Virus record (IMG/VR): IMGVR_UViG_3300020558_000001
Reading direction: 5' to 3' (one strand)
Length of the DNA stretch: 24,664 nt
Origin: an uncultured virus (IMG/VR IMGVR_UViG_3300020558_000001)
Lineage: Duplodnaviria > Heunggongvirae > Uroviricota > Caudoviricetes
Numbering within the stretch: position 1 is the first letter of the stretch; each line of letters begins with the position of its first letter. Under the pieces are notes generated by a model, which ran no database searches, was not told the origin of the DNA, and saw only the letters and a list, made by a program, of their open reading frames with translations. This document shows, piece after piece, positions 15,620 to 24,664 of this stretch. The position numbers were made by a program, and so were the translations under genes.

Positions 15620-18600
15620 TCATTTTTTACTATCAGAATCTTTAATGTCTTTAAGTAAAGGAAGTCTTTTATTTACAATTTTGGTAATTTGTTTTTCTGG
15701 TAACCCTTGCTCTTCAAGTTCTTTTTTTAACAATAATCTTTGAGCTTCTAATCTCTTATTAGTCTTTTTAGTATCATCAAAATACCAATCATCATAAGTT
15801 GTTTTTTCAAATTGTCTTTCCATTTGTTTTGAAAATCCAAAATAAGAATCTCTAACTGCTGATGGTAATGCAATTTTATAAAATGCATTTGCTGTTTTAG
15901 AATCACCTGCATTTACACCTCTTGTAATAGTATCATTACCTTCTATCCACTCTTGAGTTGAATTTATAAATTTAACAACATCATTGTAAAACCTTATAGT
16001 TCCTTGTTCTCCAACTAATTGAGTAAATCCATCAGGTGTAAGATACATGTTAGAAGAAGATAATAACTGTAATGACCTATTTACAATTAAGTTATGTGCA
16101 ATTCTTTCAGGTGAATCCTCTTCATCGTCATCATCCCAAAACATTTTTTTAGCAATTAAAGCCATAGCAATCCAAGCAATTTGTAATGACATTTCAGTTA
16201 CTAATGCTCTCATGTTTTTCATATCTCTCTCAGTAAATTTACCTTCACCAAGCTTACCTTCTTTTATAAGTTTTTCATAACCTACAAATTCATTCATTAC
16301 TTGTTTACCTGTAAAGGTACTACCTACAAAATTTACAGGCATACCTATCATCTTTCTTGCTAATGCTTTTAAAAGAAATGCATACTCACCTAAAATACTT
16401 AAGTTACTTCTTACTCCAGTTTTTTTACCAACAAGATGTCCTATTGCAAAACCAGCTGCACCTGTTACAACTGCACCCATTGGTCCAGCAAATCCCCAAC
16501 CTACAATACTTGTCATTATACTTAATGATGATTTAGTATGAGATAAGTATCTACCTTTGTAACCTTTAACTCCTAATTCTGCATCATCTCTTTCTGTTGC
16601 AAATCTTGTATAGTATTGAGCACCTGCCCAAGTTTTAAACATAGTTAATGCTTTACCCAAAGTACTTGATTTAGCCATCATACCTCTAAGGTTATCATAA
16701 CCTAAACCATGTGCCATACCAATAGCTTGAGATGTTTTAGTTTTAAATGAGGTAAACATTTCTCCTTGTCCTTCTTCCCAATTCTTAATGTTTTCTTCAG
16801 TTCTAAAGTTAGGTAATAATCTACCATCCATATCCATTGCATCCCAAGCATTAACTTTCTCTCCATTTAAACCTGTAATCTCAGTACTTAACATTACTGA
16901 AATCATAAGAGGAGTTTGGTTAAGGTATTCTGTTCTTTTATTAATTTCCATTGGGCCTAACTTATCTAAAACATCTAATGAAGTTTTAACAGAGGCCTTT
17001 TGTAATTCATTAGTTGAATCTTGTAGAATATTATATCTGTCAACTAACACTCTAAGTTTTCTTGAACCTTGAGTACTTAGTTTAGTATTACCTGTTATAC
17101 TTTTAAATAATGAACCTTTAACAATATTTAATGCTCTATAATAATGATGTGGTTCAAAGTGGTCACCAGTTGCTGCAATAATCATATTAGCAATTTGACC
17201 TTCCATGTAGTTAGTAATACCTGAAGATAAGTTATAACCTAATCCTAAGTATCTAATGTAGTTAAATAGATTTTCAAATGCTGCACTTGCAGATACTTGT
17301 TTACCTAAACCAGCTTTTATTTTTAATAGTTTATCTATTTCATTTTGGTCTTTAGTATTATTAATTAAATCATTAAGTTGTTTATTTAACTCTCTTTCTT
17401 TCTTGTTTAATATTCTACCTGATATAAGATTACCTATTCTCTCCATTGCTGTTTTAGGGTCAACATTTTGAGAATCAATTACACCAAATGCTTTTACATC
17501 TCTGTTACCAAGTATAACCCTATTAAACCAATCCTCCATTTGAGTATTAGCTCTTGTTCTTACTCCATCTGTTTGAGCTGCTTGAGAAAATATATTAGTA
17601 ACCCCTGCACCTTGTTTGTTAGTTTTTGGTGTTTGTATTTGAGTATAATGATTTTTCATCATCTCCATGTAAGGTAATAACTCTTGTCTTGCTGAATACT
17701 CAGCAGCCATCATGTTATAGTATCTGATTAATTTAGGTAAATCAGTAGAGCTATCCTGAATAATGTCAGCCATTACTGAGTTCTCTAATATCTTACCAAC
17801 AGGTACTCTCTCACCATACTTAGCTTTTATTGCTTCATAAGTTGGGGGAAGATTAGTTTTTTCACTAATTAACTTTATAACACTTTGTGGCAATTTATAT
17901 AAATCAAGAGTACCAGTCTTTTTAACTTTAAGATTAGACCCAGATGACTTCATTAAATTATTAGCCTTAATTAATTCCATTGTCAACAAGTTATCTATTT
18001 TAGATTTATTGTTGGTTAGAAATTCAGCATTTACTGTTGGCTCTACTTTACCTGTAATAACATCTTCATTTTCAAATGATATAGAACTTTGAGGATTTAT
18101 ACCAAACCCACCTTTTATTCTATCATAAAAATCTACTAATGCATTCCATAGTTTTTTATATAATGAAATATTAGGGTCAGCTAACATTTCTCTAAATCCT
18201 TTTCTTGTAGCAGGTAATGAATTTATAAATACTTGGTCTTGTACATCAGCAGGAAATGAGTTTACAATAGTAGTCATTTGCTCTTGTACTATCTTATAGT
18301 ACTCATACAAGTCTTTGTTTTTTTCAATTTGTTCAAATTTCTTATCATAGTAACCTGTTGATTCACCTGATACATTAGCTACATATCTACCTTGTTTATT
18401 TTGAGATACTGATGTTGTCTTATATCTTCTTGGAATACTAATGTTGTATTCCATACTTGTATTTACAAACTTATCTCCTATTTGTACATCACCATAATGA
18501 TAATAATCTGAACCTGTAAATGGACTTTTAGCAGCTTCATTAAATAAAATATCTGATTGTACTTCAGGACTTAACTCTTCAAATGTACTTACTCCATTTT

Positions 18601-21600
18601 CTTCAAATGCCATTTCTCTATTAGACTCTCTCCACAAGAAGTATTTTTTAATTTGCTTAATTTGTTTATCTACTTCTTCTTTATATGCTTGTTCACTTCC
18701 TAAGTTTTCAATAAGTTCTTTTCTGTGAGCATCATCTACAATATCAAAATATTCATCAGCTAAATCAGGAAATGCTTCTCTAATTTCTCTAAGTCTTCTT
18801 ACATCAAATACTACTACATTTTCTCTAAACCACTCTTGTCTTTCCTGATAAGTTTCTTTTAATAGTTTATTTTTTACTTTATCATCTAATCCTGATACTC
18901 TAATAAGTTTTAATTTCTCTTTAAAGTCAGCTTGCATAGATGCTCTTGCATCAAAAAATTCTTGGTTATATCTATTTACAAGTCTACCAGTATTTCTACC
19001 CATTGACTTTTGAAAGAATATATCAAAGGATGCATTGTTACTAAGACCTAGTACAGATAATACTTGACCCATAGCTTTTAATGCTTTCTCAGCTTTAGTA
19101 AGAGCTTTGTTATGTTTTTCTTCAAATGCTTTAGCCTTACTTATTTTTTCAGCAAATATCCTTTGAGTTATATCCATCATTATTTGAGGGATAAGATTAC
19201 TTGAAGATACATTTTTACTTGGGTCCATTATCATCATATCTACCCAACTAATATCATTTGTAGGGTTAGTAAGATGTTTATAAGTAAGTTCTTCTGTATA
19301 TAATTCTTTAATAGTAGGATGACTATTAATTATATTTTCTAATGCTCTTTTTTGTTTTTGGTCTAATTGATTTTCATACCCAGAAAATGCTTTAGATAAG
19401 TTTTCAAAAAAGTCAATAGTTTGTTGAGGTAATTGCATCTTACCATCTGCATCAAATATTTCTTCTTCAAAAAATATAGGATGACTATTAATAGGGTCAT
19501 TATCAAGGGTAACTTTTTTAGCAGTAAAACTCATTGCTTTATAAAAGTTAATAATCCTCTTAGCTTCATTAATGTCATTTACATTTTCTGATTGCAATAA
19601 AGTTTGTAGTCTTTGTAAATCTTGTTGTGCCTGAAACTTTAATTTACCATAACTATATCCTGATTCAGTATCTGCTATATCATTTTCTAACTGGTCTAAT
19701 CTTTCTTGTAATTGATTTTCTTTTCTTGCAAAAGACAATGCTTCCTCTTTTGTTTCAGCATTTTTAATTAAATTTTGAACATTAGCAATTCTATCTTTAA
19801 TCTTAGACTTTAATGACTTTTTATAATTTAGTACTTTATCAAAGTTAGTTATTACTTCATCATCTAATGTATCATCAGTTTCTAATCCAGGCTCTTCTTG
19901 AGTTTGTTTTTGTTCTTGACTTGTTGCATACTCTGCTGCTAAATCATCAAAGTTAAATTCATCATCTACAAACTCATCAACATCTGATTCTTCTTTTGGG
20001 TCAAATGATGTATCTTGAGATGGAATAGATTCATCTTGAGATAATTGAAACATATAATTTCTGTTATCATCAATTTTAAATTTGTTATCAAAATATTTTA
20101 AATTTTGATAATCATAAACATCTTTGTTTCTACCCATAACAAATAATTTAGGTAGATAACTATATTCTGGAGTAGTTAAATTAATATTATATACATCATC
20201 ATGTATAACTTTTACTTGCTTTGGTTCTATAAAAAAGTCAATTAAGATTGTTTCTTTTTGTTCTGCTAAAGATAATGATTCATAAATATCTGATAACCTT
20301 AATCCTTTTTCTTTTCCAACTTTAAATTTTTTATCTATCTCTGGATTAGTTATATAATAATGAAGTGCATTATAGTTCTCACCTTCATGAAACCAATTTG
20401 CAAAATAATTAAGTGAATCTCCATATTCATTTTGTAAATCACTAAATAATTCTGTATTTTCAAATTCTTCTTGAGTTAATTTTCTTGTAATTGGTAACCC
20501 AAATAAATCCTGTGAGTTAAAATATGTATCTATATCATGTAGTAATCCTTCTTTACTTCTTTTTAATTGACTAACTTTTCTTAATGATAATGAACCTGTA
20601 ATGGCTCCATTATTTTTACTAATTAATTGCATTAGCTTTACAGCTTTTCCACCATCTTCTTTATTTTGTTCTTGTATTGTTTCTAAATAATCAGTAGTAG
20701 TAAATCCTTCATCATTATAAATTTTAAAATAATCTAAATTATTATTTAAAACATTACCTGCTATTTCATTAATTAAATCTTTAAACTTAATATTTTTTTC
20801 TAATTTAATTGCATCTTTATAACTTAACCCTAATAGTTGTCTAATTAAATTTACAATTTTTTCTAATAATATTTTTACATCAGTAGGTAACTTTATAAAA
20901 GATTGAGAATTATAATCAATCATTGCCATTGCTAAAGCTTTACCAATAGCTTCTTTTTGAACTTTTTTCCAATCTACATTTCCTTCTGCATCTTTATAAA
21001 TATTACTATACTCATTATAAATAGTTTTATAACCTTCCCAAGCTGAAACAGTTTTAAATAATTGTTGACCAATTTCACTATTTTTGTAATTAGAACCTAA
21101 TAATTCAAAAACGGCATGAGCTATTTCTTCTGGTAGTGTTAAAACATTTCTTTCATCTTTACTTACAACTTTAATAGTTTTATTTATAATGTCAGTTACT
21201 CCTAAGATATTTAAACCAAATTCTTGTTTAAGTTTATTTAAAGTAGTTTCTTCTATATCAAAATGAAATTGTTTTAAAAAATCAATTAATTTTTTTTCTA
21301 ATTTAGGATTGACTTGTTGAGTAAATAATGTATAATATTCATTTTTAAATTTACTATTATATACAGTATTAACTAAATCACTATATGTTTTTATATTCTT
21401 ATTTTTATCTATAACAAATTTTAAATATTGTTTTGCTTTAGTGTTAATTGGTAATTTATCAATATCTGATTTAGTAACATTTTGATTAAAATTTACTTTA
21501 AGTAAAGCTTCTTTTACTTCTTTTGTATAAACAACTGATTGAAGCTCACTATTTTTTTGAAATAAATAATCTTCATCGTATTCTAATCCTGCTCTTTTAG

Positions 21601-21943
21601 CATCTTCAATTTGTTGTTTAAGTGCTTGTTGTTTTGATTCTTGTTTTAATTTTTCTGATTCTGCTTTTTTCATTCTGTAATCATAAGCATTTCTAAGTGC
21701 TTTAGGAACATGAATGTTAATACCTATTCCATCAGAATATGAAGTGTTTAAAGATACTGCTTCACCAAAAACTTTAGAATTATATGCTTTATTAATTTGC
21801 TTAACTTTACTTTGAGCAAGACCATAAGTTTTATTTCTATCTTTTGAATCAGTAAAAGGAATAAATATTTCATTTTCTCTTTTAACAGCAGGTTTAATAC
21901 CTTGCATTAAATCTGATTTTATATTATCTTTTAAGCAATCCAT
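15620..21943 (-). CDS. Giant 2107-aa putative virion/ejection protein with zincin-like and nucleotidyltransferase-like modules
   Basis: Size and position as in crAss-like cargo proteins; EEIAH (272-276), GS450-451...DID470-472...D569, acidic linker, and Gly-rich hydrophobic segments near the C-terminus (IVGWGFAGPMGAVVTGAAGFAIG). Confidence 0.7.
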   Translation of the reverse strand: MDCLKDNIKSDLMQGIKPAVKRENEIFIPFTDSKDRNKTYGLAQSKVKQINKAYNSKVFGEAVSLNTSYSDGIGINIHVPKALRNAYDYRMKKAESEKLKQESKQQALKQQIEDAKRAGLEYDEDYLFQKNSELQSVVYTKEVKEALLKVNFNQNVTKSDIDKLPINTKAKQYLKFVIDKNKNIKTYSDLVNTVYNSKFKNEYYTLFTQQVNPKLEKKLIDFLKQFHFDIEETTLNKLKQEFGLNILGVTDIINKTIKVVSKDERNVLTLPEEIAHAVFELLGSNYKNSEIGQQLFKTVSAWEGYKTIYNEYSNIYKDAEGNVDWKKVQKEAIGKALAMAMIDYNSQSFIKLPTDVKILLEKIVNLIRQLLGLSYKDAIKLEKNIKFKDLINEIAGNVLNNNLDYFKIYNDEGFTTTDYLETIQEQNKEDGGKAVKLMQLISKNNGAITGSLSLRKVSQLKRSKEGLLHDIDTYFNSQDLFGLPITRKLTQEEFENTELFSDLQNEYGDSLNYFANWFHEGENYNALHYYITNPEIDKKFKVGKEKGLRLSDIYESLSLAEQKETILIDFFIEPKQVKVIHDDVYNINLTTPEYSYLPKLFVMGRNKDVYDYQNLKYFDNKFKIDDNRNYMFQLSQDESIPSQDTSFDPKEESDVDEFVDDEFNFDDLAAEYATSQEQKQTQEEPGLETDDTLDDEVITNFDKVLNYKKSLKSKIKDRIANVQNLIKNAETKEEALSFARKENQLQERLDQLENDIADTESGYSYGKLKFQAQQDLQRLQTLLQSENVNDINEAKRIINFYKAMSFTAKKVTLDNDPINSHPIFFEEEIFDADGKMQLPQQTIDFFENLSKAFSGYENQLDQKQKRALENIINSHPTIKELYTEELTYKHLTNPTNDISWVDMMIMDPSKNVSSSNLIPQIMMDITQRIFAEKISKAKAFEEKHNKALTKAEKALKAMGQVLSVLGLSNNASFDIFFQKSMGRNTGRLVNRYNQEFFDARASMQADFKEKLKLIRVSGLDDKVKNKLLKETYQERQEWFRENVVVFDVRRLREIREAFPDLADEYFDIVDDAHRKELIENLGSEQAYKEEVDKQIKQIKKYFLWRESNREMAFEENGVSTFEELSPEVQSDILFNEAAKSPFTGSDYYHYGDVQIGDKFVNTSMEYNISIPRRYKTTSVSQNKQGRYVANVSGESTGYYDKKFEQIEKNKDLYEYYKIVQEQMTTIVNSFPADVQDQVFINSLPATRKGFREMLADPNISLYKKLWNALVDFYDRIKGGFGINPQSSISFENEDVITGKVEPTVNAEFLTNNKSKIDNLLTMELIKANNLMKSSGSNLKVKKTGTLDLYKLPQSVIKLISEKTNLPPTYEAIKAKYGERVPVGKILENSVMADIIQDSSTDLPKLIRYYNMMAAEYSARQELLPYMEMMKNHYTQIQTPKTNKQGAGVTNIFSQAAQTDGVRTRANTQMEDWFNRVILGNRDVKAFGVIDSQNVDPKTAMERIGNLISGRILNKKERELNKQLNDLINNTKDQNEIDKLLKIKAGLGKQVSASAAFENLFNYIRYLGLGYNLSSGITNYMEGQIANMIIAATGDHFEPHHYYRALNIVKGSLFKSITGNTKLSTQGSRKLRVLVDRYNILQDSTNELQKASVKTSLDVLDKLGPMEINKRTEYLNQTPLMISVMLSTEITGLNGEKVNAWDAMDMDGRLLPNFRTEENIKNWEEGQGEMFTSFKTKTSQAIGMAHGLGYDNLRGMMAKSSTLGKALTMFKTWAGAQYYTRFATERDDAELGVKGYKGRYLSHTKSSLSIMTSIVGWGFAGPMGAVVTGAAGFAIGHLVGKKTGVRSNLSILGEYAFLLKALARKMIGMPVNFVGSTFTGKQVMNEFVGYEKLIKEGKLGEGKFTERDMKNMRALVTEMSLQIAWIAMALIAKKMFWDDDDEEDSPERIAHNLIVNRSLQLLSSSNMYLTPDGFTQLVGEQGTIRFYNDVVKFINSTQEWIEGNDTITRGVNAGDSKTANAFYKIALPSAVRDSYFGFSKQMERQFEKTTYDDWYFDDTKKTNKRLEAQRLLLKKELEEQGLPEKQITKIVNKRLPLLKDIKDSDSKK

Positions 21944-21958
21944 TGAGTTTAATTTTAA

Positions 21959-24664
21959 TTATTCACAATTAAGTCTTGGTAAGTTGTTTATATCTTCTTC
22001 AGAAATTTCTTTAGGTTCAAATGACTTACCTCTTGTATCTATATTAAGTCCTTTAGTTGTATATTCTTCACCTACTGATACATTACCTGCATTTTTATTA
22101 GATACAATTACAGCTTTATATCTTGGTCTTGTAACTGCTACATATAAAGATTGGTTTTTAGTTTTAATAGATGCATTTTGTACACCAAGAATATTATCTT
22201 CCATCACATACACATTGTTATAAGTAGAACCTTGTGCATCATGTGATATTGCAGCATAACCATAATCAACATTAACATGTTTATCTTCATTATTCCACCA
22301 CACATCTTCCATAGTTGTACCTCCCATTTTCAATGCACGGACTCTATTATTATTTTGTATGTCACTATATTTTTCTTTAACTTTAGGAGATAACACTTGT
22401 ATTGTAATTATTTGTCCAGTTTCATTTTGAACTTTAAGAGTATAACCAGGTAAAGATTTATTTGAAATTGAATAATCTTCACTTATTTCTTTAACACTTA
22501 TAGTTAAAGGTGTAAAACTTAATACACTATATTGTTCTCCATTAAATACATCTTGACTTGTTGCACTTGATTGTTCTTTGTTATCATTGTTAATAAGAAT
22601 TTCTCCTTTATTAAACTCATTAGTATTGCCTTTACCCCAAAGAATTTCTCTTGCAAGATTATTCATACTATTTTTTTCAGCATGAGTAAATGTAATAATC
22701 TTAGTATTTTCTTTATCATTTTGTAAGTCATTAGTAAGTTGAGTTACCATTGAATCTTTAGTTTCAAACAAGATACCTGTATTTTTCTTAGCATCAAATT
22801 TATTTGTTCTATTTTTTATAGGTCTAAGTTCAGGCTCTTTACTTTCTACATTTGCTGCAATTACATCACTTAATGATACAATAGGTGAATCTTCTCCTTG
22901 ACGCATTCTTTCTGTAAGAGTAGCAGTATATTCAGGTTTAGTATTAGCAGTAAATGATGCAGAATCTTTATTTTGTAAATTTTTATCTGCTTCCATAGGA
23001 GGTAATTGTACATTATCTCCCATAAAGATAATTTTTACATTTGGATTTTTAGAGAAATTAATAATATCATTTACCATTTCTTGAGTAAGCATTGAGCATT
23101 CATCAATAATAATTACATCAGCATTATAAAATGGAGATTTAGTTTTATTAAAGTATTTACTATCAACTTTTATAAATTGACCAGGATTTTTACGGTCAGG
23201 TCTTATACCTATTGCAGATGCAATTGTACCTGCTTTTACTTTTGAACCCATAGAACTTTGAAGTACACCTTTAGCTTTATGACCTAAAGTAGCTGCTGCA
23301 ATTTCTTTACCTTCAAGTTTTTCTAATATCTTTTTAATGATAGTAGTTTTACCTGTACCACCTCTACCTTTAAGTACAAATACTTGTCTTCCTTTATCTT
23401 TAACAAAATTATTAAGTTTTTCTATTGCTTTAGTTTGACCTGCATTAGCAGGTACTCCAGGAAATAACATTATATCATTACCTGCTTTTGATTCACTAAT
23501 CATTTCTTCTGTTTCTGCAATTTCATTTTCAATATCTGCTATAGTACTATCACTCATTCCAAATTCTATTTGAGATTCTGTTGGTTCAATTTCAACTTCC
23601 TCTTCTTGAATAGCTTCTAATAATTCATTCATATCAGTAGCACCTGTTTCATTTAACAATGCTTCTATATATTCTTGATGTGCAGCAAAGAATTTTAATT
23701 GATTATCAGTAATAGATGCTTCATTTAAAAAGTTAATAATTTTAGGATAACCATTAAACTCTGACATATTAATTTCATCAGGGTAAGTTACTGCATCTGG
23801 ATTACTATTAAACTCTGCATTTTCTCTAACAATAAGTTGAGATAAATTAGTTTTAACTTTACTATATACTTCTTGATTTAAATCTATTTGAGTAGTAGGT
23901 GTAAACAAATCTAATATCTCTTTTTGAGTAACTCTTGAACCAGTATTTACATTTAAAACCTTATTATCTATTTGTACATATTCTTGTTTATTAAATACTT
24001 TAGTTTCAAAGTTATTAGCTTTAGCATAAGCTGCTAATACTTTATTGATTTGAGTTTCATTAGTTTCTATTTTATCACCAGATTTAGCATTATGGATAAC
24101 TTCACCTGTACTTGGATTATAAGTATAAGTAAATTGGTCTACTTTAGTAGTAAATGATTTTTCAGATGTAGTACTAGGTTGAGTAACATTAACTTTATTT
24201 GGAGTTTTAGGCATACCTGGTTCTAAATCCATAACTCTTCTTAATGTAATAGATATTCTATAAGAACCTTTAGGAAAAGTTTTTTTAACATTATCATTAT
24301 CAATAGTTAATTCAGGAAGAAATCCTTTTACTGATGAAGCAAATGTTCTATGGTAAACCTCCCTATTTTTACCATCAACTCCAAATACATAAGCATCACC
24401 TGCATTTAGAAGTTTATCTTCATAAACTTTAGATGAATAATTATTAGACTTTTTAGCACCTTCAACACTAAAGTTACCAGAACCTCCAATATTAACAACA
24501 AGTACAGGATAACCAATAGCTGTAACAGATTCATCTACATCATTATGTGCAGAGATAAAAGTTTTATCATCATATAAATTAATGATAGCACCATCATAAT
24601 TAGTTGCATCAATACCTGTAGCTTTACTAATTAAATCTTTTATTCTTTGGTCTATTGGTCCTAA
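21959..24664 (-). CDS. C-terminal part of a large multidomain protein: AlkB-like 2OG-Fe(II) oxygenase plus SF1B (Dda/RecD-like) helicase; 5' end outside window
   Basis: No stop in frame from 24233 to 24664 (144 extra codons). Helicase motifs GRGGTGKT, IIIDECSM, GDNVQLPP, LTERMRQ, YAAISHDAQGSTY and LYVAVTRP. AlkB-like AIINLY...SAHNDVDE...YHRT...RISITLR. Confidence 0.85.
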   Translation of the reverse strand, partial: LGPIDQRIKDLISKATGIDATNYDGAIINLYDDKTFISAHNDVDESVTAIGYPVLVVNIGGSGNFSVEGAKKSNNYSSKVYEDKLLNAGDAYVFGVDGKNREVYHRTFASSVKGFLPELTIDNDNVKKTFPKGSYRISITLRRVMDLEPGMPKTPNKVNVTQPSTTSEKSFTTKVDQFTYTYNPSTGEVIHNAKSGDKIETNETQINKVLAAYAKANNFETKVFNKQEYVQIDNKVLNVNTGSRVTQKEILDLFTPTTQIDLNQEVYSKVKTNLSQLIVRENAEFNSNPDAVTYPDEINMSEFNGYPKIINFLNEASITDNQLKFFAAHQEYIEALLNETGATDMNELLEAIQEEEVEIEPTESQIEFGMSDSTIADIENEIAETEEMISESKAGNDIMLFPGVPANAGQTKAIEKLNNFVKDKGRQVFVLKGRGGTGKTTIIKKILEKLEGKEIAAATLGHKAKGVLQSSMGSKVKAGTIASAIGIRPDRKNPGQFIKVDSKYFNKTKSPFYNADVIIIDECSMLTQEMVNDIINFSKNPNVKIIFMGDNVQLPPMEADKNLQNKDSASFTANTKPEYTATLTERMRQGEDSPIVSLSDVIAANVESKEPELRPIKNRTNKFDAKKNTGILFETKDSMVTQLTNDLQNDKENTKIITFTHAEKNSMNNLAREILWGKGNTNEFNKGEILINNDNKEQSSATSQDVFNGEQYSVLSFTPLTISVKEISEDYSISNKSLPGYTLKVQNETGQIITIQVLSPKVKEKYSDIQNNNRVRALKMGGTTMEDVWWNNEDKHVNVDYGYAAISHDAQGSTYNNVYVMEDNILGVQNASIKTKNQSLYVAVTRPRYKAVIVSNKNAGNVSVGEEYTTKGLNIDTRGKSFEPKEISEEDINNLPRLNCE

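Noticed and set aside
16047..22223. Plus-strand ORFs within the giant minus-strand genes (16047, 16788, 17468, 21984)
   Set aside because: Antisense shadows of long coding frames.

Overview
AT-rich (~28-30% GC by eye), gene-dense segment of a lytic dsDNA phage genome, most consistent with a crAss-like (Crassvirales-type) phage of a Bacteroidota host (no Shine-Dalgarno sites, A-rich leaders, one TTTG-N19-TAnnTTTG promoter, giant minus-strand proteins). Plus strand 46-15540 is a replication/accessory block: putative SSB, primase, PD-(D/E)xK nucleases, GH73 and SleB-like wall hydrolases, a spore-photoproduct-lyase-like radical SAM enzyme, an anticodon-domain-less AsnRS-like enzyme, dUTPase and a spanin candidate. 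It converges at a bidirectional terminator (~15580-15612) on two giant minus-strand, probably virion-packaged multidomain proteins. The most striking item is an apparently complete phage-encoded ubiquitin-like conjugation operon (1807-5494) inside the replication module: a Ubl precursor whose predicted beta-grasp domain ends at ...KTKSG75, an E2-like protein, a JAB/JAMM peptidase and a ThiF/E1. Items absent from the ORF track: an AlkB-like 2OG-Fe(II) domain fused upstream of a Dda-like helicase (the frame stays open to the window edge), an NTase-like and zincin-like module in the 2107-aa protein, a 90-nt tRNA-like RNA without a canonical D-stem or anticodon arm, a thyX remnant with a TGA at a conserved Trp position, a 58-aa membrane ORF, an attC-like hairpin and strong GATC avoidance. 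All calls come from motif reading only; no database searches were run.
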